NCBI RefSeq assembly: GCF_009834535.1
Contig: NC_045697.1
Span: forward strand, 61,878,001 to 61,942,000
Length of the DNA stretch: 64,000 nt
Source: Camelus ferus
Taxonomy: Eukaryota
Direction: 5' to 3'
The notes under the pieces were generated by a model. It was not told the DNA's origin, searched no databases, and saw nothing but the letters and a program-made list of their open reading frames with translations. Positions 26,396 to 37,437 of the stretch are shown one piece after another; positions within the stretch are counted from its first letter, which is position 1, and every line of letters begins with the position of its first letter. A program made the translations under genes and the position numbers.

Positions 26396-28461
26396 TCTGA
26401 TATACACAATGTAGTACAGTGAGAATGGACACCCATTTAGGAAGGTCAGAGGACAAAAGACTTTGAAAAGCATGTTCCTAGAGCCTAAGACTGATTTTAA
26501 ATTACTGAAAAATACAACTCTCTGAGCTTCCTATAAAGCAGAACCTTTACAAAAAACAACTTCTTGAAAATCACTTTTATAACAAATAAAGTTCTCTTTT
26601 CAGAATCATAGAATTTGGAACTAAGGGGAAAGACCCCTTGATAGTCATGATCATTACATCAATATCATCTTCAACATCACCATTATCATTGTTGCCATTG
26701 TCAAAATCATCATTATCCTAATCACTAGCATTTATTGTTTTACTTTATGTCAGAGACTGTGTTCAGTTCCTTGAAGTTATGTGGTTACAAACTCTTTACT
26801 TTATAGATTAGTAAACTGAGGCCCAGTGAACTTAGGAGACTTGCTTAAGACTCTACTAACAGTCAGTGGTCAGCTGATTCTGTAATCATGCACAGCCCAG
26901 TGCACTTTCCTGTATACCAAGTTACATCCCCTACTAAACAGAATAGGCATCATCAACCAACATTTGGAGAATAGCGGTACGTTTTTCCATCTCCAACTAT
27001 CTTAGTAACACTAATTTTCTCCAAAAATGCTTTGTCATTTCTTTGAAAACCTTCATCTTTCTTTTCCAGGGTGACATGTTGTCATTTCAGCTTGGTTACT
27101 TTTGATGCAATTTAATCTGATTTTGCTTGAAACCAGTTACTCTTCTTACATCTGTTTGATCATTCAGCAACTAACAGGCATTTTCTACAACTGCTGATAT
27201 AAGAAAAACAGGAAAAAATACAGCTCACCTTATACACCCTGATTAATCTGAGCTGGGCATGAGTCACATATCTTGAATTTGGAAAATGTATATGTTTCCA
27301 GACTTCTCCCTTCTCTTTATTCCTAGGAAAGAGGCTGGAGACTCAGACACCAGCAGGGTAAGCCTGTGTACAAAGCTGCTTGTGGTGGTGCCCAGACAGA
27401 ACTGGTTACAAAGGACAGGAGAGGCTGGAGGTCTTCCCAGCACATACCCTCCCCACAACTTCCAAGGGAAAAAACAGACTCTTAACTCTCAGTAACCCAA
27501 CTATTCTATTAAGATAGATGAAACATTTAAATTGTAAAATTCAGGTCATGGTTTTCTTTGAATAGAAGTAAAAGTCTTTTTATTCAGAGTGAAAACTAAA
27601 ACCTACCAAGATACATCTAAGTAATCCATGTCCTTCCCACCCATGGATCCCAACATGTTAATCAGACGTGTAGTTTCAGCATCAGGACCATTTGGTGTGT
27701 GGTGAGGTCACCTTGGACAGACTCCTTTGAAGAGAGAAGCTATCTGGAATGAGAAGAGAACTTGCTGGAAATGGTCAGATAAATAAAAGTAGATTATAGC
27801 CTATCTGCCAGGAACCACACTTTTTCCCCAGCCATTTTCAGGAAGAGCTAGAGAAGTAGATTGCAATGCCATTACGGGTCATTTTCTCTCCTGAGCTGCG
27901 CCACCCTATGCTCCTTTTTCATTCCAATTGCTGCATTTCTGGAGGATCATATTGTCATTTTTCTCCTCCCTGTCTAACACCGATCGCACTTCTGGGCTGT
28001 TGTTCTCACCGTTGATGGTGTTAATCTCCATAGGAACCAATGTGACTCACAGGGTCAATGTGTGCTTGGCAAGTCCTGTTACAATCATTGCCAGCATGTT
28101 AACAGCAATGGCAGCATAATCCATGGTGGTCACATTTTTGTTTTGTGAATTTTTGGGTGAGTCATGCAGCTTAAAGGCAACAGGCTCGGGAAATCTTAGC
28201 TTACCGAGCTTAGCACTTTGGAGTAAAACCTATCACAGCCACCTTCTACGCAAGCTGCATTCCAGCATCCCTCATTTCAGAAGCCATGGAGTCCACTACT
28301 TGCTAAGGAATGAGGCTTTCTTGGACTTTTCTATGTATCCATTGTCCTGGTTTGGGGTCATGCATTCTTTCTATGGATAATAAGAGTTATTTAATGGAGA
28401 AGATAGCAATGGTAATGGAAATAATCACTCTCGTTTTCATCAGAACAATCTCCTTTTTCTA

Positions 28462-28462
<1 letters not shown>

Positions 28463-28510
<48 letters not shown>
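28463..28510. repeat. (TGC)16 CTG/CAG trinucleotide repeat
   Basis: 16 uninterrupted units followed by TGT TGT. Confidence 0.97.
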
Positions 28511-28515
<5 letters not shown>

Positions 28516-29703
28516 TTTTCATGTGATAACATGAAATCTGCCCTGTGGTTTCCTACAAGATGACTCCAATGAAAGAAATCTGTTTGCTTAATTGAGAGGG
28601 TCTCACAAAGTCTGAGTGGCAAAGGCAAGTTAGAGATTACCTAACCACCACCCCCAATCAGGTAGAGGTGTCCAATAGATGTGTCCAGAATCTTTTGGTT
28701 TAGTGCAAAGCAGAGTCTTCCACTTCTTCCTAGGATGCACCATCCACTGGTGAACTGCTCTAATTATTATTAGAAAGCCTTTCCTTATACTTGAGCCAAA
28801 CCTGTCCTCTGTTCCTTTCACCAACATATTATTATTCTGCTATCTGGGGAAAGACTAAAACTCACTCTTCCCTTTGTACTTCCATTTTATCTCTACCAGG
28901 ATCTTCTAATAGCCAGCCCTTTCTGTCTCGACATTAGGACTTATCACATGTTTTTGGTGTGTCTATCTCTTCAACCAAGTGAGTTTCTGGAGGACAAAAA
29001 GCATGTGTCTTTGTGTAACAAGTACCTACATTTGATGACACCCATTCAAATACTTCACATTGGCTTTTATTTCTCCGAAGGTCATGCTAGTCCAGGCTAA
29101 ACATTTCTAATTCCTTCAACTATTCCTCAAGTCAGCAAGCAGATACTGGCCTCTTGTTGCCTCCTCCCTCCAATAGGAGCACTAATGGGGTGAAAGAAGG
29201 CAGATTAGATTATATACTGTCTCTGCGACAAAAACTATTCTTTCAAATATCATGCTGTGTGGTGAAAGTATGAAGTAGTTCAAAAATTCTATAAAGGATT
29301 TTCTAGGTCCTTCAAACAGCCTTGAAATTATACAATAAATGAAAACTTTATAACAGGAAGAGATTGTAGACATCACCGCATCCAATCATTACCAAGGAGG
29401 ATATGGGGACCCAAGAATCAAACTGAACTGCCGAAGGTCACAGAGCTTGTTACTATCAGAGCCAAGACTGGAAACTGTCTTCTTTTTCTCTCTATAGTGT
29501 TTTTTTACAACACACCACACTAACTCAAAGGGAGTATTATGCTAAGCACTTTGTAAGTTCCTGAATAGTTAACTGGGGATTTTAAACATGGAAAGTGCCT
29601 TCTTAAATCTTGGGACCTAAATGTTAGCACACTCTCTCCTTCTGATAGCATTTATGTGGAGAATGCCACCTCCTGTAGCATTTAAATATTCCAGCAGGGT
29701 TTT

Positions 29704-29728
29704 TTGGGTTTTTTTTTTTTTTTTTTTT
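29704..29728 (-). mobile_element. Solo poly(A) retrotransposition remnant with TSD
   Basis: T-tract between direct repeats ccagcagggtttt (29691-29703 and 29729-29741); the site reads TT/AAAA on the minus strand. Confidence 0.75.
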
Positions 29729-29778
29729 CCAGCAGGGTTTTAAGGCTTACAGCTACTGCCTCTGGCAATCTTAGTTTT

Positions 29779-31163
29779 TTGGAGTTGTTTTGTTTTGTTT
29801 TTATTGAAATTTAGTCAGTTAACAATGTTGTGTCAGTTTCTGGTGTACAGCACAATACTTCACTCATACAGAAACATACATATATTCGTTTTCATATTCT
29901 TTTTCACCATAGGTTACTACAAGATACTGAATATAGTTCCCTGTGCTACACAGTATGAAATTGTTTATCTATTTTGTGTATATTAGTTAGTATCCCCATT
30001 CAGTGTGACTGAAAGAAAGCTCTTGTTAACCCTGAAACCAGTACCTGCTAAGTTCCTACCAAGTCACTTTACCAAATTACAACAGAAACTTCCTTATTCA
30101 GTGCAATCAGAAAAATTAAATATAAAAGTTGGGTCAAGCAGAAAACTCCTAATTTATCCCTTCCCTCACTGGTAACCTTAAGTTTGTTTTCTATGTCTAT
30201 GAGTCTGTTTCTGTTTTGAAAGTAAGTTCATTTGTCTTTTTTTTAGAGTCCACATACAAATGTTATCATATGGTACTTTCCCTTCTCTTTCTGGCTTACT
30301 TCACTTAGAAGAACATTCTCCAGATTCATTCTTGTTGCTGCAAATAGCATTATTTTATTATTTTATGGCTGAGTAGTATTCCATTGTATATATATATACC
30401 ACAACTTCTCTATCCAGTCATCTGTCAATGGACATTTAGGTTGCCTCCATGTCTTGGCTATTGTAAATTATGCTGCTATGAACATTGGGGTGTATGCGTC
30501 TTTTTGAATTAAGGTTCTCTCTGGATATATGCCCAGAATTGGGATTGCTGGATCATAAGGTAAGTCTATTTTTCAGTTTTTTGAGGAATCTCCATACTGT
30601 TTTCCATAATGGCTGCACCAAACTACATTCCCAACAGTGTAGGAGGGCTCCCTTTTCTCCACAGCCTCTCCAGCGTTTATTGTTTGTGGACTTTTGAATG
30701 ATGGCCATTCAGACTGCTGTGAGGTGATACCTCATTGTAGTTCTGATTTGCATTTCTCCGATAATTAGTGGTACTGAGCATTTTTTCATGTGCCTGTTGG
30801 CCCTTCATACATCTTCACTGGAGAATTGCTTGTTTAGGTCTTCTGCCCATTTCTGGTTTGGGTTGTTTGTTTTTTTTTTTTTCTTGTTAAGCTGTATGAG
30901 CTGTTTATATATTCTAGAGATTGAGCCCTGTCAGTCTCATCTTTTGCAAATATTTTCTCCCATTCCGTAGGTTGTCGTTTTGCTTTTCTTATGGTTTCCT
31001 TTGCTGTGCAAAAGCTTACTAAGTTTAATTAGGTCCCATTTGTTCATTTTTGCTTTTACTTCTGTTGCTTGGGTAGATTACCCTAGGAGAACATTGCTGA
31101 GATTTATGTCAGAGAATGTTTTGCCTATATTTTCTTCTAAGAGGTTTATAGTGTCTTCTCTTA
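29779..31163 (-). mobile_element. 5'-truncated camelid-type L1 (3' UTR plus end of ORF2) with TSD and an internal foreign insert
   Basis: Antisense L1 text ('ggctgcaccaaactacattccc', 'gtgaggtgatacctcattgtag'); perfect 14-bp TSD gcaatcttagtttt at 29765-29778 and 31164-31177. Confidence 0.93.
29993..30144 (+). repeat. ~152-bp direct duplication of 31921-32073, inserted in the L1
   Basis: Manual alignment gives about 19 differences over about 153 bp. Confidence 0.92.
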
Positions 31164-32681
31164 GCAATCTTAGTTTTGATCCCAGAAAACAGAGATCATG
31201 CTGATATAGAATCTCCAGAACCTGACAGTCTTTCATCTTCATACTGATCATATGTCAGCACTTAGTACAGTACCTGGCAAATTAGACATTTAAATAATAT
31301 TTGCTGACTGATTAATAACTTTGTAGTTATTCATTGTTGAATTCATGACTAAAGTTCAAACCCAGGCTAAATTCCCCTATCATTTGACCTATTTCCTATT
31401 TCTAGACCTACATGCCCAATAATCAACTGATTTATGTTCATCATCATCATTAAATACTAATGTTTATACAAACAAAATATAGTTTGAAACTTAAATATGC
31501 TAAAAACAAAAAGTAAACATAGAAGACTATTCCAACTTGCAAATGTGTGGTGTTCCAAAAGATTGTATGTAAACTAGGGATGAGATCCTGAAACATGTAT
31601 TTTAAAGAAGTAAAAGGAGGAAGAAAATGAAGAGAAAAGAAAAGAAAAAGAAAATACTGTTTTCACTAAAAAGTGACTGGCAAAGTATTTCCTTTGTGTT
31701 GGTGAGGCATGTTATAAAGAACATGATAAAGGAAAAAAAAGGAAGAAACTGTTTGCATTTCTGGCTCTATGACCTTGGGTTAAATCAATTCCCAGGGCTG
31801 AAAAACAAGACACCATTTATTATGCTGTTTATATAGGGAACATCAGGCCCACTTCAGAATGCTGGGAATCCAAATCCCAGTTCTTAAAACAGCCACTTGC
31901 CAGGTAAGAAGGAAATTTGCTCCCCATTCAGTGTGACTGAAAGAAAGTTCTCATTAATCCTGAAGACAGTACCTGCTAACATTCCTACTCAGTCACTTTA
32001 CCAAAGTACAAAAGAAACTTTCCTAATCAATGCAATCAGGAAAATTAAGTATAAAAGTTGGTTCAAGCAGAAAGCCATTTAAAAATACATACCTTAGGTA
32101 TTTTACTTAAACTCCAAACATGCATGTATACATTGCCACTGCCTGAACTTCCTCAAAGTTCTTTTTGTATAAACCACTCCTAAAATGCCTCCTTTACAAT
32201 TTGTAGCTTTGGTATCTTTAACATGCAAAACATTAAGACACTTGAAAAGCACTCTGACTGCATAAGTCTTCTTGATTTTTACAATGTTTTAATCATACTC
32301 CAGTTTTTCCAAAACATATCATCATTTTTCAAAGAAATAACTCTCATAATTTACCCATAAGATATATAACATATTTTAATAATATTGCATAATTACAAGT
32401 ACAATAGACAGAAGTAGTTTTGGGAACAATAGATTTGCTAAGTATATAGCTCAACTTCTGAGAGCAGAAGGACCTGGGCAAACTAGAGAGTAACCTACTA
32501 ACTAGAAGTGTCCAGTCAAGCATCTTATACAGAGGGCACAGAGAGTTCTGGTTCATCTGGTAAATCAGTTTTCAAAAGTTCCTACTATATTTATATCAAT
32601 GATGAGCCTCATAGGACAGCATTTCTGATTGCTAACCCCTTCTTCCCAACTCTCCATTGACTGTACATTGATAACACTATC

Positions 32682-33133
32682 TGTATTCGTTTCCTAGGGC
32701 CACCGTAACAAATTATCACGAACTGGGCTGCTTCAGCCAATAGAAATGTATGCTCTCACAGTTCTGGAGGCCAGAACTCAAGGTGTCAACAGGGCCATGC
32801 TCCCTCTGAAGGCTCTAGAAAAGAACCCATCCTTGCCTCTTCTGACATCTGGGCTCCCAGCAACCCTTAAGAGTTCCTTAGCTTGTGGCACCATAATTCC
32901 AACTCTGCCTCTGTCTTCACAAGGCTGTCTTCCTTCGGTGTTTGTCTGTGCATCTTCAAATGGCTTTCTTACAAGGACATCACTCAGTGGATTTAGGGCC
33001 CACCCTAAGACCATCTGGGTTCATTGTAACAACTAATTACATCTCCAAACAGACTATTTTCAAAAAAGTTCACATTTTTATGTTCCTGGGGAGGGGGTGT
33101 AAATTTTTGGTGGACACTGTTCAACCTGTTACA
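32682..33133 (-). mobile_element. MaLR solo LTR (MLT1A-D-like)
   Basis: Starts 'tgtattcgtttcctagggccaccgtaacaaatta', contains 'ctctcacagttctggaggccagaa', ends 'ttcaacctgttaca' (TG...CA termini). Confidence 0.88.
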
Positions 33134-33491
33134 TCACACTCTGACAAGTCCTCTCAACTCTAGGCCTCAAACATGCTATTTTTCTCTTCTAGAAACTTCC
33201 CTCCCTCATTCTATAACATGGTAAATTCTCACATTCTTCACTACTTAGCTCAAATATCACCTCCTCCTAACTGCAGTGCCCAGATGGGTTAGGTGCCCTT
33301 CCTGGCTGCTCCCTCAGAGCCCAGTCATTGCCTCCTTAATATTATACATTTCACTATTCTGACATTGCCTGTTTTCCTTTTCTGTCTCCACCATGATACC
33401 TACTTATTCAACAACTATGGAGGGAGCACTTCCTAAGTGCCTGCACTATGCTAGGGGCTAGGGAAACAATAAGGGCTAAGACACAAGTTCC

Positions 33492-33495
<4 letters not shown>

Positions 33496-33522
<27 letters not shown>

Positions 33523-33596
33523 GAGTAAAGGTAGATTTATTTAAAGCTACAAGAGAAAGGTCACAAGGTGTGGAGGTTGGGTGTTCAGATTAGAAT
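33496..33596 (-). other. Polyadenylated 3' partner of the U6 chimera (74 nt plus A27)
   Basis: AATAAA (plus-strand TTTATT 33536-33541) lies 13 nt before A27 (33496-33522); joined to U6 through a T7 run. Confidence 0.85.
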
Positions 33597-33599
33597 AAA

Positions 33600-33704
33600 A
33601 AAATATGGAACGCTTCACAAATTTGTATGTCATTCTTGCATAGGGCCCATGCTAATCTTCCCTGTATCGTTCCAATTTTAGTATAGTGCTACCAAAGCGA
33701 GCAC
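33600..33704 (-). pseudogene. RNU6: Full-length U6 snRNA retro-pseudogene
   Basis: Minus strand GTGCTCGCTTTGGTAGCACTATACTAAAATTGGAACGATACAGGGAAGATTAGCATGG...GAAGCGTTCCATATTTT. About 10 substitutions and 1 deletion versus U6, several at CpGs; the ACAGAGA box is mutated to ACAGGGA. Confidence 0.97.
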
Positions 33705-36276
33705 AAGTTCATGCTTTATGAAGGGTAGAATGTTTCAAGTATTTCAAGGTAAGGAGTATACATTTGATTTTGAATATCCAGAGCCCAGCATACTATCTCA
33801 GATGTACCTTAGGCACTCAATAAACATCAGTTGAGTGAATTAATGAGTAAAAATGTCTGAGGTCAAAGCAAATACTAGTGGGTAGGATGGGACAGCTGGA
33901 GGATACAAATTTTTCGCCTGCAATAAAATTTTTCAGGGACTCAAGACACAATAAGAAAATGCACTGCCTCCTTTTTACTTAAACTATTCAAGCAAAAATC
34001 CATTCATAGGAAGTTGGTTACATGGTTTCTAAAGTACTTTCCAATTCTAAGATTTCTTTTATTCTCTGATAGATTAAATGATGGAGAGATCATTTATTTC
34101 TCAATTTTTTTCTTTTTTCCTAAAGAGATTAAAACAGTAGAACTGCTGCCAGCCTGGGTCTCTGAATGACTAACTGGAGGAGAGGCTCCTTGGTCACTAT
34201 CAACTACCATTAGTGAATAAAAATCAAATTTCTATTGTGTTTGAACCACTATACATTTGGGATACAACAGTTAGCACATCCTAAATATTATAACTACTAT
34301 CTTATCCATTTTATACATGAGGGAACCTGAGCTCAAAGAGCACAAGCTTAAGGTCAGGACTAGTGGTAAATGTTAACGCAGAGATCTGAAACCCTTGTCT
34401 AATTCCAAACTCTGAGCTATTGATCTTTATACTCTCTTGCCTCCCCGACTGTCAAAAGCTACATATTTACACTTATGAGATGATTTCCAGTCTGACTTAC
34501 TGGAGAATATTGACTGCAACTACTAATTAGAGGTTTAAAGTTGTACTGTTTTCAGTTATACTTAGTTTAGTTTTTATGCATCCAAAGTTGATAAATGCTT
34601 TCAGAAATCATAACTTTAATTCACAGTTACAAAGTTGTCCTGTAGCAAGTCCTTTGAAATCAGATGTGCACAGTAATGAGACATGAAAAGTGGCATGCGG
34701 AAATAAATTAATATTTCTTTTGACAGACACAAAAATGAGTTGCATCACTTCTGAATGAAATCCATAAAAAATTCAAGTACAGATGAACCATTGTCAAAGG
34801 GCTGTAGATTTTGGTTTCACATGCACTAGGAAAAAAATCAAAGATTTCCCAAGTGAAAATGCAAAGTCAGGATGAAGATTTCATGAAAGATCTTATCAGA
34901 AATTATTTCAGAGATTTTGCTTTTCTAAGCATCTTAAAATGTAAGATCACATTCCAGACAATGATGGGCTTTGTCCTAAATTTGTGACTCTATGGTTTTT
35001 CCATACAAATTGCATATGATGTGCCCATGTGGAAACTAATTTGCGTTGTCTGCAAAAATAGTATTATCAATTCATATGGAAGACTTAAGGAGCCTTTCAT
35101 TATCTGTGTAGGTTCTCACATCTTTAATGTAGTATAAGTCACAGAATTGCTGAATTTTGAAAAAAGACAGTAATAAAAAAATAATGTTGGCTAACAAAGT
35201 CTACCATAGTGATGGATAGGAAGAGCATTGCTCAAATCTCTTTAATTCACTGTACGAGTTTTATTGTGTGCCCATTTCTGATGGTCTTTAGATACACAAT
35301 TGAACACTGCTCTTCAGAGAATTTTCCTCTTTTTTGCTTCATTTTATTCTCTTGCTTCTTAAATAAGTTAATTTACTGCTGAGACTTACATGCATCGCAT
35401 TCCAACCTGAAATACAGTAAATGTGAAAAAAAAAAATGGAACCACTGAATGGCAGATGGAGATTATAGGTTCTTTTAGGTAAAAGTTGGGGAAGGAATTG
35501 TCTTTTTATTCTTTTATATTTAAAAGGGTGCTACAGCTTTGGAACATATTTCCAGATGCAAAATTAACATCATAGAGAAACACCAGGTTCACAGTTTTTA
35601 TATTTAATGCCAACTCTTCTGTATGCTGTGAGTAGCCGTACCTTTTAGCATTTAAGAGATAAAGCTCTGCGTTAAATTTTCCAATTATTACCTGTCTGGT
35701 ACAGTTGCAACAGGACCATATCAAGTATTTGAGTTTTACTAGGGAAACGTAATTACAGTTTGAAAAATAGTAGAAAATGCATTCCTATCACATCCTTAGT
35801 GGCAGTTTATATGCTAAAAAGAAAAACGCTTAGGGCCTAATTCATAAGAGCTTTATGCTTCATTTACATTTTTCTGTGCAGTTTACTTGGAAAAGAGCAT
35901 AATGCATGTTTTTCAAGTAAAATATGCCATTTTGGAATTCATTCAACTTGCTTTCCATTGTCCTCATTGAGGGCCAACTGTTCTTTTCTACAATCCTGAA
36001 GGGCACTAGTAAATGGAGTGGGTGGAAAGCCCTCAATATTAACTAGAAGAAATGCCTAAAACCGTTGTACAGATTATTTAGAAAATTTACAGCAGTCTCC
36101 AGCAGTCAAGCCTTGGAAAGCTCATTGTGTTTTTACTATGCAGACTGTTTTCCAAGCCCTTTGTATAGGATATTGAACAAATTACATGACAATACAGATA
36201 TTTTTTGAGGGCTGCTTAGAATTCACAACAAGATTTTGACCATTTCCTGGCTAATCTAAGTTCTCTGACTTAGTTC

Positions 36277-36470
36277 AGTGTTTCTCAAATTTTCATTTCT
36301 TAAAATGTGGCCTCTAGGTTAGCAAGTATCGGAATCAACTGACATTCTTGCTAAAAATGATTTCTTAGGCTCTATAACAGTGTTTCAAAATTTTTGAATG
36401 GAGACCTGTAATTTTAATTTTACAAGTTGTTCAGATGATTCTTACACAAATCTCAGGATTTAAAACCTCA
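36277..36470. mobile_element. MER5-like hAT-Charlie MITE
   Basis: 'cagtgtttctcaaa...ggaatcaactgacattcttgctaaaaatg...gatgattctta'. Confidence 0.6.
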
Positions 36471-37069
36471 TGATTGAGTTTTGGACTAAAACAATCAACA
36501 GGGAGTTCACTTTTAGGTAGAGTCACACACTCTTGTTCAATGATCAATGATTTGTTAAACCAAGTTTATTAGCTGGTGTAAGATCAATGTGGAGGAGGCC
36601 AAAATCACATTTGCAAGAGACAGCAATTTGATCCCAAGAACTAAGTCATAACCCATGAGGGTCTAATCTATGACCCTCAGTCTTTCCTGCTTCTGCTGGT
36701 TTTCAGGCTCTCCGAAATTACACAAAGAAAAGGCCAGGCAAAAAACATTTCTCACATTGTTCACTGACACACTGGAAAATGAATATTGCAGACAATCAAC
36801 CAGCTATTTATTCTACACACTATCAAAACCACAGGGCCAATTTTCTTCACCAATGAATTCACTGAATTTACAGAGTGGTTTTGGCCTCACGATGAGACCA
36901 CCATAGCCTGTTATCAGAGAAAATTTGGGAGTTGGCTCCACCGTTTAGAGTAACGATTTTAATACATTCAGTGGAAGAAAGCCATAGACCTTGACAAATT
37001 TTGCTAAGTCTACTCCAACTTAAAGCTGAACGCTTAATACTTCCTAACTGATTGATAAAAGAAAAACCT

Positions 37070-37437
37070 ATGTAGTAGGAATCCCTAAGTGTCACCGACA
37101 TCTGATTTGCCTCTCCTTCCTGGCACAGAGGAAGATGATACTTCATTGCCCAGGTAAGCAGAAATATGTGTCACTTCCTGGACAAAACATTTAATTGCCA
37201 GTATGGACTTCCCAGCCCAGTCCCTCCCTGCTACAATGACCAGGGAGATCTGTGTTCCTTAGGGTGCAGTCACAGGGTGATGCACATTCATCATCCCAGA
37301 CCACTGAGTCACCCCAGAGTCACCTGGATTTGCAGTTCACCTTTGTAAGCAAGAAGCAAAAATTTCTTCTGTTAAGCCACTGAGATATGGGAGTTGTTCA
37401 TTAACACAGCATAACTTTTCCTACCCTGGTTAACATA
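37070..37437 (+). mobile_element. MaLR solo LTR (MLT1I/J-like)
   Basis: 'tgtgtcacttcctggacaaaacatttaattgccag' and 'gttaagccactgagatatgggagttgttcattaacacagcataac'. Confidence 0.75.

Noticed and set aside
28310..28628. Poly-Cys and poly-Ser ORFs
   Set aside because: Artefacts of the CTG repeat; no coding context.
33600..33704. Functional U6 gene
   Set aside because: ACAGAGA box mutated, CpG decay, no recognisable PSE/TATA upstream, embedded in a retrocopy.
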